DNA from: Planctomycetota bacterium
Lineage (GTDB): Bacteria; Planctomycetota; UBA1135; UBA2386
Length of the DNA stretch: 64,000 nucleotides
NCBI GenBank assembly: GCA_028281765.1
Contig: JANQJF010000072.1
Span: forward strand, 4,826-68,825
Direction of reading: 5' to 3'
Shown here: positions 1 through 12,503 of the stretch, piece after piece
Numbering within the stretch: position 1 is the first letter of the stretch
Layout of the letters: every line of letters starts with the position of its first letter
Made by a program: the position numbers and the translations under genes
The notes under the pieces: model-generated
Told to the model about the DNA's origin: nothing
Database searches by the model: none
The model's input: only the letters and a program-made list of their open reading frames with translations

Positions 1-2
1 TC

Positions 3-617
3 ACCGACTGGGTCCTCGAGACGGCTCTCCGGCAACTCAAGGAGTGGGAGCTGGCCGGCATCCAGCTCACGATGGCGATCAACGTGTCGAGCACGAACCT
101 GCGCAACCCGGGCTTTCCCGACCGCTGCTCGGAACTCGTCACCGAACTCGAACTCCAGGATCCGCGCCTGATCCTCGAAGTCACGGAGCGACGGGCGATC
201 ACGCTCGATCTGCTGACCACCGAGGTTCTCGCGCGTCTCCGACTGCGGAACATCGAGCTGTCGGTCGACGACTGTGGCACGGGCTTCTCGTCCCTCCGCC
301 TGCTGAAGCGTCTGCCGTTCAGCGAGCTCAAGATCGACCGTTCGTTCGTGAAGGACATCGTGCGGGACCGCGACGCGTGGCTGATCACGCGCGCGATCGT
401 CGAACTCGGGCACGCGCTCGGGCTGCGCGTGGTCGCGGAGGGCGTCGAAGATGACGACACGGAGTCAGTACTGCGCGAGTTCGGCTGTGATCAGTTGCAG
501 GGCTACTCGATCGCCCTCCCGATGGGCGCGGATTGCGTCCCCGCCTGGTGGGCCAGCGTCTGTGACACCCCGGCATCCCCGAGCAACTCGGGATCGGGAA
601 GAGTCGCGAACTGCTGA
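3..617 (+). CDS. EAL-domain protein (c-di-GMP phosphodiesterase family), C-terminal part; 5' end lies outside the window
   Basis: The frame is open from the window edge. Translation shows the EAL-domain conserved blocks (ELELQDPRLILEVTER, DDCGTGFSSLRLLKRLPFSELKIDRSFV, QLQGYSI). Stop at 615-617. Confidence 0.75.
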   Translation, partial: TDWVLETALRQLKEWELAGIQLTMAINVSSTNLRNPGFPDRCSELVTELELQDPRLILEVTERRAITLDLLTTEVLARLRLRNIELSVDDCGTGFSSLRLLKRLPFSELKIDRSFVKDIVRDRDAWLITRAIVELGHALGLRVVAEGVEDDDTESVLREFGCDQLQGYSIALPMGADCVPAWWASVCDTPASPSNSGSGRVANC

Positions 618-859
618 GACGGCGGGGATTCCCGGAAGCCGAGGCGCGGACGCGGCGAGCGGAGCGGTCTGACCGCCGCGTGCTCGGCTCGTATTCGGTA
701 AAGATCCGGAGCTTTCGACCTGGCTCGACGCGACGTGAAGGCACCGCGCCAACGATCCGTCGGGACTCTTCGAACCGTCGCCCCTTCCGATCTCGATTCC
801 GTGCGATACTTAATGTCTGCTTCCGTTTCTCCGGAACGCTAGAGTGAGAGCGCAGGAGC

Positions 860-1519
860 ATGACTGGGAACATCTCCGTACTACTGGTCGACGATCACGT
901 GATGGTGGTCGACGTCTTGCGCGACCGCTTGCAACGCGAACCGAACCTCGAAGTCGTGGCGACAGCCTCGAACGGCAACGAGGCGATTCAGTGCGTGCGC
1001 GAACACGGTCCCGACGTCGTCGTCATGGACGTGGTCATGCCGGGCCCGCCATCGTTCGCGACGGCCAAGCAGATCCGAGCGCTCCGAGACGAGACGAGCA
1101 TCGTGTTCTTGAGCGGCCAGTGCACGGATCGCTACATCGAGGACGCTCTCGCGATCCGTGCGTCGGGCTTCGTCATGAAGACCGAGCCGCCGCAGGCGAT
1201 CGTGACCGCGATCCGCCGCGCCGCGCAGGGGGAGACCTACTACTCCCCCGAGATTCGCAAGCGTCTTGTCCCACCGGGCTCGGAGCGCACCGAGGACGAG
1301 GGCTGGGCCGCGACGCCCCTCGCGACGTTGACCCCCAAGGAACGGGAGATCCTGCAGTATCTGGCCCGCGGCTACTCGAAGCGCCAGATCGCCGAAGCGA
1401 TGCACCGCGCCTACAGCACGATCGACAGCCACGCCGGCCGTCTGATGGCCAAGCTGGACATCCACGATCGCGTCGAACTCGCGCGCTTCGCGATCCGCGA
1501 AGGCCTCACCGACGCCTGA
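860..1519 (+). CDS. Two-component response regulator, NarL/FixJ (LuxR-type HTH) family
   Basis: N-terminal receiver domain (LLVDDH...D...V.MDVVMPG) followed by a C-terminal LuxR HTH (LTPKEREILQYLARGYSKRQIAEAM). ATG at 860. Confidence 0.85.
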   Translation: MTGNISVLLVDDHVMVVDVLRDRLQREPNLEVVATASNGNEAIQCVREHGPDVVVMDVVMPGPPSFATAKQIRALRDETSIVFLSGQCTDRYIEDALAIRASGFVMKTEPPQAIVTAIRRAAQGETYYSPEIRKRLVPPGSERTEDEGWAATPLATLTPKEREILQYLARGYSKRQIAEAMHRAYSTIDSHAGRLMAKLDIHDRVELARFAIREGLTDA

Positions 1520-1577
1520 GCGAAGCGCACCGGGCCGCGACTCGCTTTCCGAGACGCTTCCTGGTTAGCATCCGGCG

Positions 1578-2498
1578 ATGCTCCACCGCCGATCCTTCCT
1601 CCGCGGCTCCGCCGCCGTGACGCTCGCTCCGCTCGCCTTCGGCGCCTGCTCTTCGACCGACGCGGCCAAACGCCAGATGTTCCAGATCTCCCTCGCCCAG
1701 TGGTCGCTGAACAAGCGCCTGCGCAACATGGCCGAACCGGCGCTCGACAACCTCGAGTTCGCGGCGACCGCGCGCGCACTCGGCATCGACGCGATCGAGT
1801 ACGTGAACCAGTTCTTCAAGGACAAGGCGCGCGACGAGTCGTACCTCGGCGAGATGAAGAAGCGCGCTGGCGACGCCGGCGTGCGCAGTCTGCTGATCAT
1901 GGTCGATGGCGAAGGCTGGCTCGGCGACCCGGACGCGCAGAAGCGGACGAACTCCGTCGAACAACACCGCAAGTGGCTCGACGCGGCGAAGTTCTTGGGG
2001 TGCCACTCGATCCGCGTCAACGCGGGCAGCAGCGGGAGCTACGCGGAACAACAGGAGCTCGCGGCGGACGGCCTCCGTCGCCTGTGTGAGTTCGCGGATC
2101 CGCTCGGCCTCGACGTGATCGTCGAAAACCACGGCGGCCTGTCGTCCGACGGCGCCTGGCTCGCCGACGTGATGCAGAAGGTCGACCACCCACGCGTCGG
2201 GACGCTGCCGGACTTCGGCAATTTCCACATCGGCGACGGCAAGTGGTACGACCGCTACCGCGGTGTCGAGGAGCTGATGCCGTTCGCGAAGGCCGTCAGC
2301 GCGAAGAGCCACGAGTTCGACGCCGATGGCAACGAGACCAAGACCGACTACGAGCGGATGATGCGCATCGTGCTCGCGGCGGGGTACGACGGCTACGTCG
2401 GCATCGAGTACGAGGGTCACGGCATGACCGAGGAGGAGGGCATCCTCGCGACCAAGGCACTGCTCGAGCGCGTGCGCACCAAGCTCGCGTCCGAGTGA
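1578..2498 (+). CDS. Sugar phosphate isomerase/epimerase (xylose-isomerase-like TIM barrel) with twin-arginine signal
   Basis: [11 protein letters not shown] Tat-like signal; TIM-barrel isomerase-like blocks ([14 protein letters not shown]). ATG at 1578. Confidence 0.7.
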   Translation: MLHRRSFLRGSAAVTLAPLAFGACSSTDAAKRQMFQISLAQWSLNKRLRNMAEPALDNLEFAATARALGIDAIEYVNQFFKDKARDESYLGEMKKRAGDAGVRSLLIMVDGEGWLGDPDAQKRTNSVEQHRKWLDAAKFLGCHSIRVNAGSSGSYAEQQELAADGLRRLCEFADPLGLDVIVENHGGLSSDGAWLADVMQKVDHPRVGTLPDFGNFHIGDGKWYDRYRGVEELMPFAKAVSAKSHEFDADGNETKTDYERMMRIVLAAGYDGYVGIEYEGHGMTEEEGILATKALLERVRTKLASE

Positions 2499-2845
2499 AC
2501 CGGCCCACGTTTGCCTGACCACTTTGACTCAGCCCCCTTGCGATGCGGCCGCCGCGCGCTAGCATGCGGCGAGCGGACTCCGAGCGGAGCCGCGCTTCTT
2601 CTCCGACCGACGACCAAGAGGTGACCACGATGACGACTGCCATTGCCGTGCTCGCCTCCGTGTCGCGCTGACGCCGCATCCCGGCGACGCGCGCCACGGG
2701 GCACCCTCCACCCCCCGTGTGTGTCGCGGTCCGTACCCAGAGAAACTCGGCCTGGATCGTCCAGCCGCCCGCGCGCACACCACGCAGACGGCATCTTGGA
2801 GAATCCAGAAGTGGCCAACCGCTCTTCCAACGAAGACAAGCACGA

Positions 2846-3965
2846 GATGGTCTCTCGATTCCTGCGCGGCGCGCGGATCGAGAAGGCCAAGAACGCGGCG
2901 CGAGCACGCAAGCCCAAGCACACACCCGAACCCGACCGCCCCGGCAAGCGTCGTCTCGACGACGACTGGGACGAGTCGGATTGGGACGAATACGATGTCC
3001 CGCGGGAACGCGCCCGCAGCCGCCGCAAGAAGACCCGCACCCAGAAGCCGATCGAAGTCGACGAGCCGAACGCCGTCGTTCTCACGCTCCGCTCTGGTCA
3101 GTGCGACGCATGGCTCGACGGTGAGATCGTCGAAGCCCGCCTTCCACCGGGGATCCGCACGACCCAGCAGCAGTCGATCGCGGTCGGGGACGAGATCCTC
3201 GTCGAGTTCGACGATGGCGGCGGCGTCGTGCGCGGCATCGCGAAGCGCAGGTCCTCGCTGTCCCGGCCCGACCCCGGCAACGAGCATCGCCAGCGCGTCC
3301 TCGTCGCCAACGTCGACCGCGCGATCGTCGTGCTTTCGGTCGTCAGCCCGCCGCTCAAGCCGGCGCTGATCGACCGGATGCTCGTCGCGCTGTCGTTCGG
3401 CGGCGTCGAACCGGTGCTGTGCATCAACAAGCTCGACCTCGCGGCCGGCGACGACGCGGAGCTGTCGCGCATCGCGGCTTGCTTGGAGCCCTACCGCAGG
3501 CTGGGGATCCCGTGCATCGAATCCTCCGCCGAGACCGGCGACGGCATCCGCGACCTGCACGACGCACTCCGCGGCAAGACCGCCGCGTTCGTCGGCCACA
3601 GCGGCGTCGGCAAGTCGGCTCTCCTGAACCGGCTCGACCCCGACCACGCCCGGGACGTCGGCGCCGGCCGCGAGTTCGACGGCAAGGGCCGCCACACGAC
3701 CCGCGGCTCGCGCCTCAGCGTCCTCGACGACGCAGGCACCCGCCTGATCGACACGCCGGGCATCCGCGAGTTCGGCCTGTGGCGCGTGGATCCGAAGACC
3801 CTCGCGCGCCACTTCCCGGACTTCCAGCCTTTACCCCGGTGCCGCTTCGGCAACTGCCTTCACGCCGACGAGCCGGACTGCGCCGTCCGCGCCGCGGTCG
3901 ACGACGGCACGCTGCCGCCGTCCCGCTACAAGGCTTACGTAGAACTAACGGCCCGCCTCGACTGA
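2846..3965 (+). CDS. rsgA: Ribosome small-subunit-dependent GTPase A (RsgA/YjeQ) with a long charged N-terminal extension
   Basis: OB-fold N-domain, then G motifs (CINKLDL; GHSGVGKSALLNRL; DTPG) and the C-terminal zinc finger CRFGNCLHADEPDC. I placed the start at ATG 2846. The ORF-track start at 2643 extends into non-protein-like sequence. Confidence 0.8.
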
Positions 3966-4037
3966 GACGGACCGTCCTTCACCGAGCATCACGCAACGCA
4001 GGCCCGTAGTCGTGCGCCTGCGCTTGCGCCTGCCCGA

Positions 4038-6546
<2,509 letters not shown>

Positions 6547-6548
6547 GG

Positions 6549-6582
6549 GATCTGTATATCAGCACATGTTGATATACAGATC
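6549..6582. promoter_or_regulatory. 13-bp perfect inverted repeat (GATCTGTATATCA-N8-TGATATACAGATC) at the start codon of the ArsR-methyltransferase gene; candidate ArsR operator
   Basis: Palindrome read directly from the sequence. It is AT-rich relative to the surroundings and sits in the 5' region of a gene encoding an ArsR-family DNA-binding domain. Confidence 0.5.
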
Positions 6583-6688
6583 AAGATCGGAAGTTGGGGG
6601 TTTTGGGCCTGAGTGGTTTTCCCCAAGACCTGCAAAGATACACAGAAAGCCCCATGGCATCGGCAGTTCGAAGCGTCCCGTGAACGCG

Positions 6689-6718
6689 CCCGTGCCCGAG
6701 CCCGTGCCCGCCCGTGCC
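6689..6718. repeat. Three tandemly spaced copies of CCCGTGCC within a GC-rich intergenic region
   Basis: Direct reading: copies at 6689, 6701 and 6711. The same core recurs at 56476 and 56489. Confidence 0.6.
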
Positions 6719-6811
6719 CCGGGCACCCCGTTTTCGGGCCCGGACCCGGGCCCGTTCACGTTCCGCGGGTCGGGACACGGGTCGCGGCCCGGAGGTCCAG
6801 AGGGCTAGGCC

Positions 6812-8443
6812 TCAGTTCTTCTCCGCTCCCGTCCAGTCGCCGCGGCGGCCCAGCCGCTTGGGCTGCTCCGCGGCCTGGCACACCTTCCAGCCCGTCCAGT
6901 AGGCCAGGCGGCTGACTCGCTCCATCTTCCGGTAGTCGAGCTTGTCGGCCGTGTCCGTCACCTGGTGGTAGTCCTCGTGCTCGCCGTCGCAGTAGAAGAC
7001 GACCGGGATGCCCTTCTCGGCGAAGTTGTAGTGGTCACTCCGCTCGTAGAACTTGTCCCCCACCGTGAGCCCGAGACCGAAGCTCTCGGCGAGCTTCGCG
7101 GAGTCGCGCGCGATCGTCGAGAACATCCTGTGGCGGTAGCTGGGCGTGATCGAGATCTCGTCCTCGCCGGACAACTCGGTCGCGCGACCGATCATGTCGA
7201 TGTTGACGTTCGCGACCAGCTTCTCGAGCGGCCACGTCGGATTGTTCGAGAAGTACGCCGATCCCCAGAGGCCGAGCTCCTCCCCAGACACCGCGAGAAA
7301 GATCACCGAGCGCTTCGGCTTGTCGCCCTTCGCGAACGCCTCCGCGATCTCGAGTAGCGCCGAGGAACCCGACGCGTTGTCGTCCGCGCCGTTGAACACG
7401 TCGCCGTCGACACGCGTGCCCATGTGGTCCATGTGCGCCGAGAACACGACAGCCTCGTCGCGCAGCTGGGGATCCGAGCCCTCGAGCACAGCGACGGTGT
7501 TCGTGCAGTTAAACTGTGCCTCGCGGCTCACCTTGAAGCGCACCTTCGCGGACACGTCCTCCGGTGGCTCCGTCTGCGCCACGGCGCCGTCTTCGTCGAT
7601 CGTGAGGTTGAGGCGCTCGAGGACCTTCTGGCTCATCTCCGGCCCGACGATCATCATCGGCACGTTCGCAGCGCTCGCGCCGAACATCGCCCCCATGCCC
7701 ATCTCGTTGCCAAAGGCGAGTATCGGCTTCCCCGGCAGCACGCCGCCGTACTGCATGACGTCGGCGAGTCGATTGCCGAGGTCGAGGAGCATGATGAACT
7801 TGCCGTCCTTGTTCGCGACCCGCTTCGCGATCCCACTCGCGCGGCCGATCTCGCGGAAGCCCATCATGAACTGCACCTCCGGCGGCACGTTGCCGGTGCG
7901 GCGAGGCTTGGACTGCAGGATCGCGACCGGGATGTCGTTCTCACCGAACGCCGACGGCATGTCCTTGCGACGACCGCGCCCGACGAACACGAGCTTGCCG
8001 TCGACGTCGATCTCCGTCTTGCCGCGACGACCGGGCATCACGGCGAAGCCGTCGGGGAACTTGTACTGCCCGAACTCCACGCCCGTGAACTCGCGCTCGA
8101 GGAACGTGCGACGCACCGGGTAGTGCTGGAGATAACTCCGCTCCCCGTCCTCGGCCTCGGATTCGTCTCCCAACGGCTTCAGCCCGAGGGACCGGAAGTG
8201 CTCGGCGATGTACTGCGCGGCGGCCATCTGCCCGGCGGTGCCGGTGTGGCGCCCCCCGAGCTGATCCGATGCGAAGTGGAACGCATGCTTCGCCAGGCCC
8301 CCGCGATCGATGTGCGCCATCGCGGCCGGCGCGCCGTCCGGAATCGGATCGGGCTTCGCGTTGAGCAGGTCGTCGGGCGCCACGGCTTGGGCCAGGACGC
8401 TCGAGGCGAGCAGGGTCGGAATCAGTACGGAGAATCGCATCAT
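6812..8443 (-). CDS. Secreted M28-family peptidase (aminopeptidase) with PA domain
   Basis: Signal peptide MMRFSVLIPTLLASSVLAQA. M28 zinc-ligand blocks (HMDH; DDNASG; SGEELGLWGS; DMIG; HQVTDT). I placed the start at the ATG pair at 8443/8440 rather than the ORF-track start. Confidence 0.8.
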   Translation of the reverse strand: MMRFSVLIPTLLASSVLAQAVAPDDLLNAKPDPIPDGAPAAMAHIDRGGLAKHAFHFASDQLGGRHTGTAGQMAAAQYIAEHFRSLGLKPLGDESEAEDGERSYLQHYPVRRTFLEREFTGVEFGQYKFPDGFAVMPGRRGKTEIDVDGKLVFVGRGRRKDMPSAFGENDIPVAILQSKPRRTGNVPPEVQFMMGFREIGRASGIAKRVANKDGKFIMLLDLGNRLADVMQYGGVLPGKPILAFGNEMGMGAMFGASAANVPMMIVGPEMSQKVLERLNLTIDEDGAVAQTEPPEDVSAKVRFKVSREAQFNCTNTVAVLEGSDPQLRDEAVVFSAHMDHMGTRVDGDVFNGADDNASGSSALLEIAEAFAKGDKPKRSVIFLAVSGEELGLWGSAYFSNNPTWPLEKLVANVNIDMIGRATELSGEDEISITPSYRHRMFSTIARDSAKLAESFGLGLTVGDKFYERSDHYNFAEKGIPVVFYCDGEHEDYHQVTDTADKLDYRKMERVSRLAYWTGWKVCQAAEQPKRLGRRGDWTGAEKN

Positions 8444-8582
8444 CGAGATCAGTATCCAGCTAGCGCGGCGCGCGCGCACGTCGAACGACGGGTTCCGGTC
8501 TATGTAGCCTGAGGCCAAAAACTCCTGTCAGTTGCCGACTGCTCGCTCGCAGAGCCGGAGCCCCGTCGGATACAAGGATTCC

Positions 8583-9116
8583 ATGCGGATTGGACCGGTT
8601 GCAGCGATTCTGCTCGTTCTGTGCAGCTGCAGCGTCCTGACCCCCACCCAGCGGTTCGAGGCGCTCGGCGACTCTCGGACCTCGCAGCCGAAGTCGCTCT
8701 CCGAGAGCGGACGCGGCCGGCCGATCGAGATGCCTCCGGGCATCACTTGGGTCCTCGCGATGGACGCGATCGAGGAGTCGGTGCTCGATCGCCTCCCGTC
8801 CCGGCGGATCGAGCTGACGATCAGCCTGGTCGACACCCAGGCGACCGACGAGCACCCGCGCGCCCAGCCGATCCTCGAGGGCGCCGAACTCGTCGACGAC
8901 TCCGGCAATCGGTTTCGCTGCCACCGTGCCCGCGTGCCCGACAAGGCGAAGCTCGAGCGACGCGATCCCGACGAACCGTCGATCGCCGACTACGCGCTCG
9001 TGTTCGATCTGCCACCGACGTACCGTTTTCGCTCGATGACGTACTTCTGCGTCCACTGGCAACTCCGACTCGACGACGGCCGCGTGCTTCCGATCTCGAG
9101 TCGATTCCGCCGCTGA
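8583..9116 (+). CDS. Hypothetical lipoprotein
   Basis: MRIGPVAAILLVLCSCS lipobox-type signal. No recognisable domain. Confidence 0.5.
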   Translation: MRIGPVAAILLVLCSCSVLTPTQRFEALGDSRTSQPKSLSESGRGRPIEMPPGITWVLAMDAIEESVLDRLPSRRIELTISLVDTQATDEHPRAQPILEGAELVDDSGNRFRCHRARVPDKAKLERRDPDEPSIADYALVFDLPPTYRFRSMTYFCVHWQLRLDDGRVLPISSRFRR

Positions 9117-9121
9117 TCGCC

Positions 9122-10072
9122 ATGCTCGACCTGCGACCTCTTCTCCTGACGTCACTCTGCGTCGTCTCCTGCGCCACTCCCCCGGGCGAACCCCTCGTGC
9201 GCCGAGGCGACGAGATCTCGGTGTGCGGCCAGCTGTTCCACATCGGCACCCCCGTCGTGCTGTGGAACGACCCGGGCGGATTCGACGCCTACAGCGCGAA
9301 GTATCGCTACTCCGGCCCACCGCCCGGCGACGAGGAGCAGCCGGACAAGCAGCGCTACGGCACGCGCGACACCACGGCAGAGATCGCGAACCGCGTGAGC
9401 CAGCGCGGCTGGGAACTCGAGGATCTGCAGAGTGTCGTGCGGCAATTCGTCGTGCACTACGACGTGTGCGGCACGTCGAAGCAGTGCTTCAAGGTCCTCG
9501 AAGCGCGCGGGCTGTCCGTGCACTTCATGCTCGACATCGACGGCACGATCTACCAGACGCTCGACCTCAAGGAGCGCGCGTGGCACGCGTCCCAGGCGAA
9601 CAGCGCCTCGGTCGGCATCGAGGTCGCGCAGATCGGGGCGTACGAACAACCGACCGCCGTCGCGCTTCGCTCGTGGTACCGCGAGGACGAACAGGGCCCC
9701 TACGTCCGCTTGCCCGAGCACATCGACCAAACCGCGATCCGCACGCCGGACTTCGTCGCACGACCGGCCCGTTCGCAGATGTTCGACGGCGTCATCCACG
9801 GCAAGAAGTACTACCAGTACGACTTCACCGAGGAGCAATACGCGGCCCTGACCCGATTGACCGCCGCGCTCCACCGCGTCCTGCCCAGAATCGCGCTCGA
9901 CGCGCCGCGTGACGACGAAGGCGCGGTGCTCCGCCGCGCGCTGACCGACGACGAGCTGAAGTCGTTCGAAGGCGTGATCGGTCACTGGCACGTCACGACC
10001 CGCAAGACCGACCCCGGCCCGGCGTTCGACTGGGAGCGCGTGCTCCAGGGCGCGCGCGAGCTCGTCGACTGA
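9122..10072 (+). CDS. N-acetylmuramoyl-L-alanine amidase, amidase_2 (AmpD/AmiD/PGRP) family, lipoprotein signal
   Basis: Lipobox LLLTSLCVVSCA. Amidase_2 blocks (VVHYDVCGTSKQCFKVL; SVHFMLDIDGTIYQ; WHASQANSASVGIE). The long minus-strand ORF 9152-11227 is an antisense artefact. Confidence 0.75.
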   Translation: MLDLRPLLLTSLCVVSCATPPGEPLVRRGDEISVCGQLFHIGTPVVLWNDPGGFDAYSAKYRYSGPPPGDEEQPDKQRYGTRDTTAEIANRVSQRGWELEDLQSVVRQFVVHYDVCGTSKQCFKVLEARGLSVHFMLDIDGTIYQTLDLKERAWHASQANSASVGIEVAQIGAYEQPTAVALRSWYREDEQGPYVRLPEHIDQTAIRTPDFVARPARSQMFDGVIHGKKYYQYDFTEEQYAALTRLTAALHRVLPRIALDAPRDDEGAVLRRALTDDELKSFEGVIGHWHVTTRKTDPGPAFDWERVLQGARELVD

Positions 10073-10087
10073 AACCGCGGCGCCGCC

Positions 10088-11410
10088 ATGCGCTATGGTG
10101 CTCCCGTGGCACCCAACGTCCTCGCGTTCGCCTCTGCGCTCACCCTCGTGTCGGCTGCCGGCGCGCAGCAGATCCCGGCCGCCCAGCTGCGCAACGCACT
10201 GCGCATCGCGGACCCCGACGTCCGTCGCGCGACCGCGGACGCCCTCGCCAAGCGCGACGGCCTCACGGTCGACGACTGGCTGACCGCGCTCGCCGCATGG
10301 AAGAGCGAGCCCGAACTCGAGCCGGGCATGCACGTGATCACCGAGCCCCTGTGGAACGGGGAAAAGACCGAGGAGACCGAGCTCCACGTCTACGTGCCGA
10401 AGCGCGCGCTCGAGAATGCTCCGGCTCCGGTCCTGCATTCCGCGCACGGCACCGGCGGCAGCGGCACCTGGGCCGTCGGCATGTGGCGCGGCATCGCGGA
10501 CCGACTCGGAATGATCGTCATCGCGCCCTCGGAGAGCGGCCCGAACGACGGCTACCACTTCCACGTCCGAGAACGCGAGATCGCGAAGTCGGCGATCCGC
10601 TGGGCACGACTCAACTTCGACGTCGACGAGAACCGCGTCTACCTGACCGGCGTGAGTCGCGGCGGCCACATGACGTGGGACCTGGCGCTGCGCTACCCCG
10701 ACCTGTCCGCCGCCGTCGCGCCGATGATCGGCGGGCCGCGCTGGAATCCGAACGGCCAGAACAACCTGCGCTTCCTCGAGAACGTCACCTCGCTGCCGAT
10801 CCGCGACCTGCAGGGCATGAAGGACGACGCGCGGATGATCCTCAACCTGCGCATCGCGTTCGAGCGACTCGAGAAACTGAAGGCGAAGGACGCGAAGCTC
10901 ATCGAGTTCCCAGAGCTCGGCCACTCGTTCGAGCTCGGCGCCGTCGAGTGGGACGAGTTCTGGGCGAAGACGCGCAATCCCCGCCCTGACCGCGTGGTAC
11001 GCATGATGTCGACGCCCGGTGAGGGCCGCGCGTTCTGGGTCGAGATCCTCGCAGTCGACAAGAAGAAGGTCCGCGACCGTTTCAAGCCGGCGATGCCGAC
11101 CTCGCTCTACAACCGCCTCGACGACGCCGGACGTCGCCGCTGGATCTGCGACAAGGCGGAGAAGGCAACCGCGCGACTCGAGGTCTCGCAAACCGCGCCG
11201 GGCAAGTTCCGCGCCAAGGCCCGGCACGTGAGCCGCTTCCGGCTCCTGCTGACCGACGACATGCTGCCGGAGAAGGGCCGCGTCGAAGTTCGCTACGGCG
11301 CGAGACGTCCGACGTTCAAGTTCCAGCGCAGCAAGAAGGTGCTGCTGCGGGAATTCGTCGAGCGCATCGACCGGAACTTCTTGCCGGTCGTCGAAGTCAT
11401 CGTGAAGTAG
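10088..11410 (+). CDS. Secreted alpha/beta-hydrolase (esterase/PHB-depolymerase-like family)
   Basis: Signal peptide. GxSxG nucleophile elbow (LTGVSRGGHMT) and the HGTGGSG oxyanion region. Confidence 0.65.
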   Translation: MRYGAPVAPNVLAFASALTLVSAAGAQQIPAAQLRNALRIADPDVRRATADALAKRDGLTVDDWLTALAAWKSEPELEPGMHVITEPLWNGEKTEETELHVYVPKRALENAPAPVLHSAHGTGGSGTWAVGMWRGIADRLGMIVIAPSESGPNDGYHFHVREREIAKSAIRWARLNFDVDENRVYLTGVSRGGHMTWDLALRYPDLSAAVAPMIGGPRWNPNGQNNLRFLENVTSLPIRDLQGMKDDARMILNLRIAFERLEKLKAKDAKLIEFPELGHSFELGAVEWDEFWAKTRNPRPDRVVRMMSTPGEGRAFWVEILAVDKKKVRDRFKPAMPTSLYNRLDDAGRRRWICDKAEKATARLEVSQTAPGKFRAKARHVSRFRLLLTDDMLPEKGRVEVRYGARRPTFKFQRSKKVLLREFVERIDRNFLPVVEVIVK

Positions 11411-12503
11411 CGCCGCCGTACGCCTGCCGCAGCACCGTGCCCGCCGGTCGGGACTGCAGCGCGTACTCCCAGTCGGCGATGTCGTGCGGACCGGAGTAGA
11501 ACGTCCACGCGAACATCCCGGCCAACGCGCGTTCGGACCCGAGCGCCTGGAACAGGCCCGCGTACGCCTGCGCCTGTCGCTCGTGATCGATCGCCACGCC
11601 CTTGTCCTGCTTGCCCGCCCATTCCCACGGACGCTCGACGCAGTCGACGTAGCCGGTGTAGCCGATCTCGGTGAACAGCACGGGCCGGTCGACGCGCTCC
11701 GAGAGCGCGCGCAGTTCGGTCGCGACCGGCCGCCAGCGCGCCGCCACGTCGGCGACCGGATCCGCGTCCGGACCGAGACCGTCCTCGGCGTGAAGCTCGA
11801 AGTAGGCGCCGATTCCGACGTAGTCGAGCTCGTCCCAGAACGGCACGTCGAGCCATTCGTCGTACCAGTTCGCCGAGTACGTCACCGAGCCGCTGTAGAC
11901 CTTGCGCACGGCGCGCACGATCTCCCGCCAGCGCTGCTCGAACTCCTTCACGCTCTGCTTCAGCTCGAGCCCGACGCCGAAGATCGCGACCTGCTCTTCC
12001 TGAGCGAGCTTCGCGTAGTGAAGCGCCATCTGTTCGACGTTGTCGTGGAACGCGTCCCAGTCCGTCGGATCCGCGAAGGCGATGTCCGCGCGGAATGGGT
12101 ACGGCGGCTCGAAGAAATCCGGACTCTCGATCCGCGGCAGCAGGAACGCCTGCATCCCGGCCTTGCGAATGGCCCGCAGCGCGACGCGCAGTCGACCGTC
12201 CCCCTCACCCCACTCGAGACGCGGCTCCACGAACTTCGGCATCGAGACGTCGTGGCCGACGGCGACGTGCGTCACTCCGCTCGCGCGCATCTCGGCGAGC
12301 ACCTCGACGGCCGACGACGAATCGAGCCCCGCGGTGCTGCGCGGCGCGATCCACGCGCCCCGGATCGGAAAGGCCACGCGCGAGATCACGCCGACGCTCG
12401 CCGGCACGGCGATCACTTCCGCATCACAAGCCGGAATCGAGCACGCGACCGTGAGCCACAGCAGCGATAATCCCGCCATGACCGGCCCACGCTTCCGAGA
12501 CAT
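11397..12503 (-). CDS. Secreted glycoside hydrolase, clan GH-A TIM barrel (family uncertain)
   Basis: Signal peptide (MAGLSLLWLTVACSIPAC). Catalytic-nucleophile-like block LFTEIGY and an acid/base NW block. The start is ambiguous (12503 or 12479) because it abuts or overlaps the divergent GNAT start. Confidence 0.55.
   Translation of the reverse strand: MSRKRGPVMAGLSLLWLTVACSIPACDAEVIAVPASVGVISRVAFPIRGAWIAPRSTAGLDSSSAVEVLAEMRASGVTHVAVGHDVSMPKFVEPRLEWGEGDGRLRVALRAIRKAGMQAFLLPRIESPDFFEPPYPFRADIAFADPTDWDAFHDNVEQMALHYAKLAQEEQVAIFGVGLELKQSVKEFEQRWREIVRAVRKVYSGSVTYSANWYDEWLDVPFWDELDYVGIGAYFELHAEDGLGPDADPVADVAARWRPVATELRALSERVDRPVLFTEIGYTGYVDCVERPWEWAGKQDKGVAIDHERQAQAYAGLFQALGSERALAGMFAWTFYSGPHDIADWEYALQSRPAGTVLRQAYGGATSR

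Noticed and set aside
2643-2845. ORF-track N-terminal extension of rsgA
   Set aside because: The translation (MPCSPPCRADAASRRRAPRG...) is not protein-like and overlaps a region better explained as 5' UTR. ATG 2846 was chosen instead.
9152-11227. 691-aa minus-strand ORF spanning the amidase and esterase genes
   Set aside because: It is antisense to two genes with recognisable domains (amidase_2, GxSxG hydrolase), and its translation is Arg/Asp/Ala-rich nonsense.
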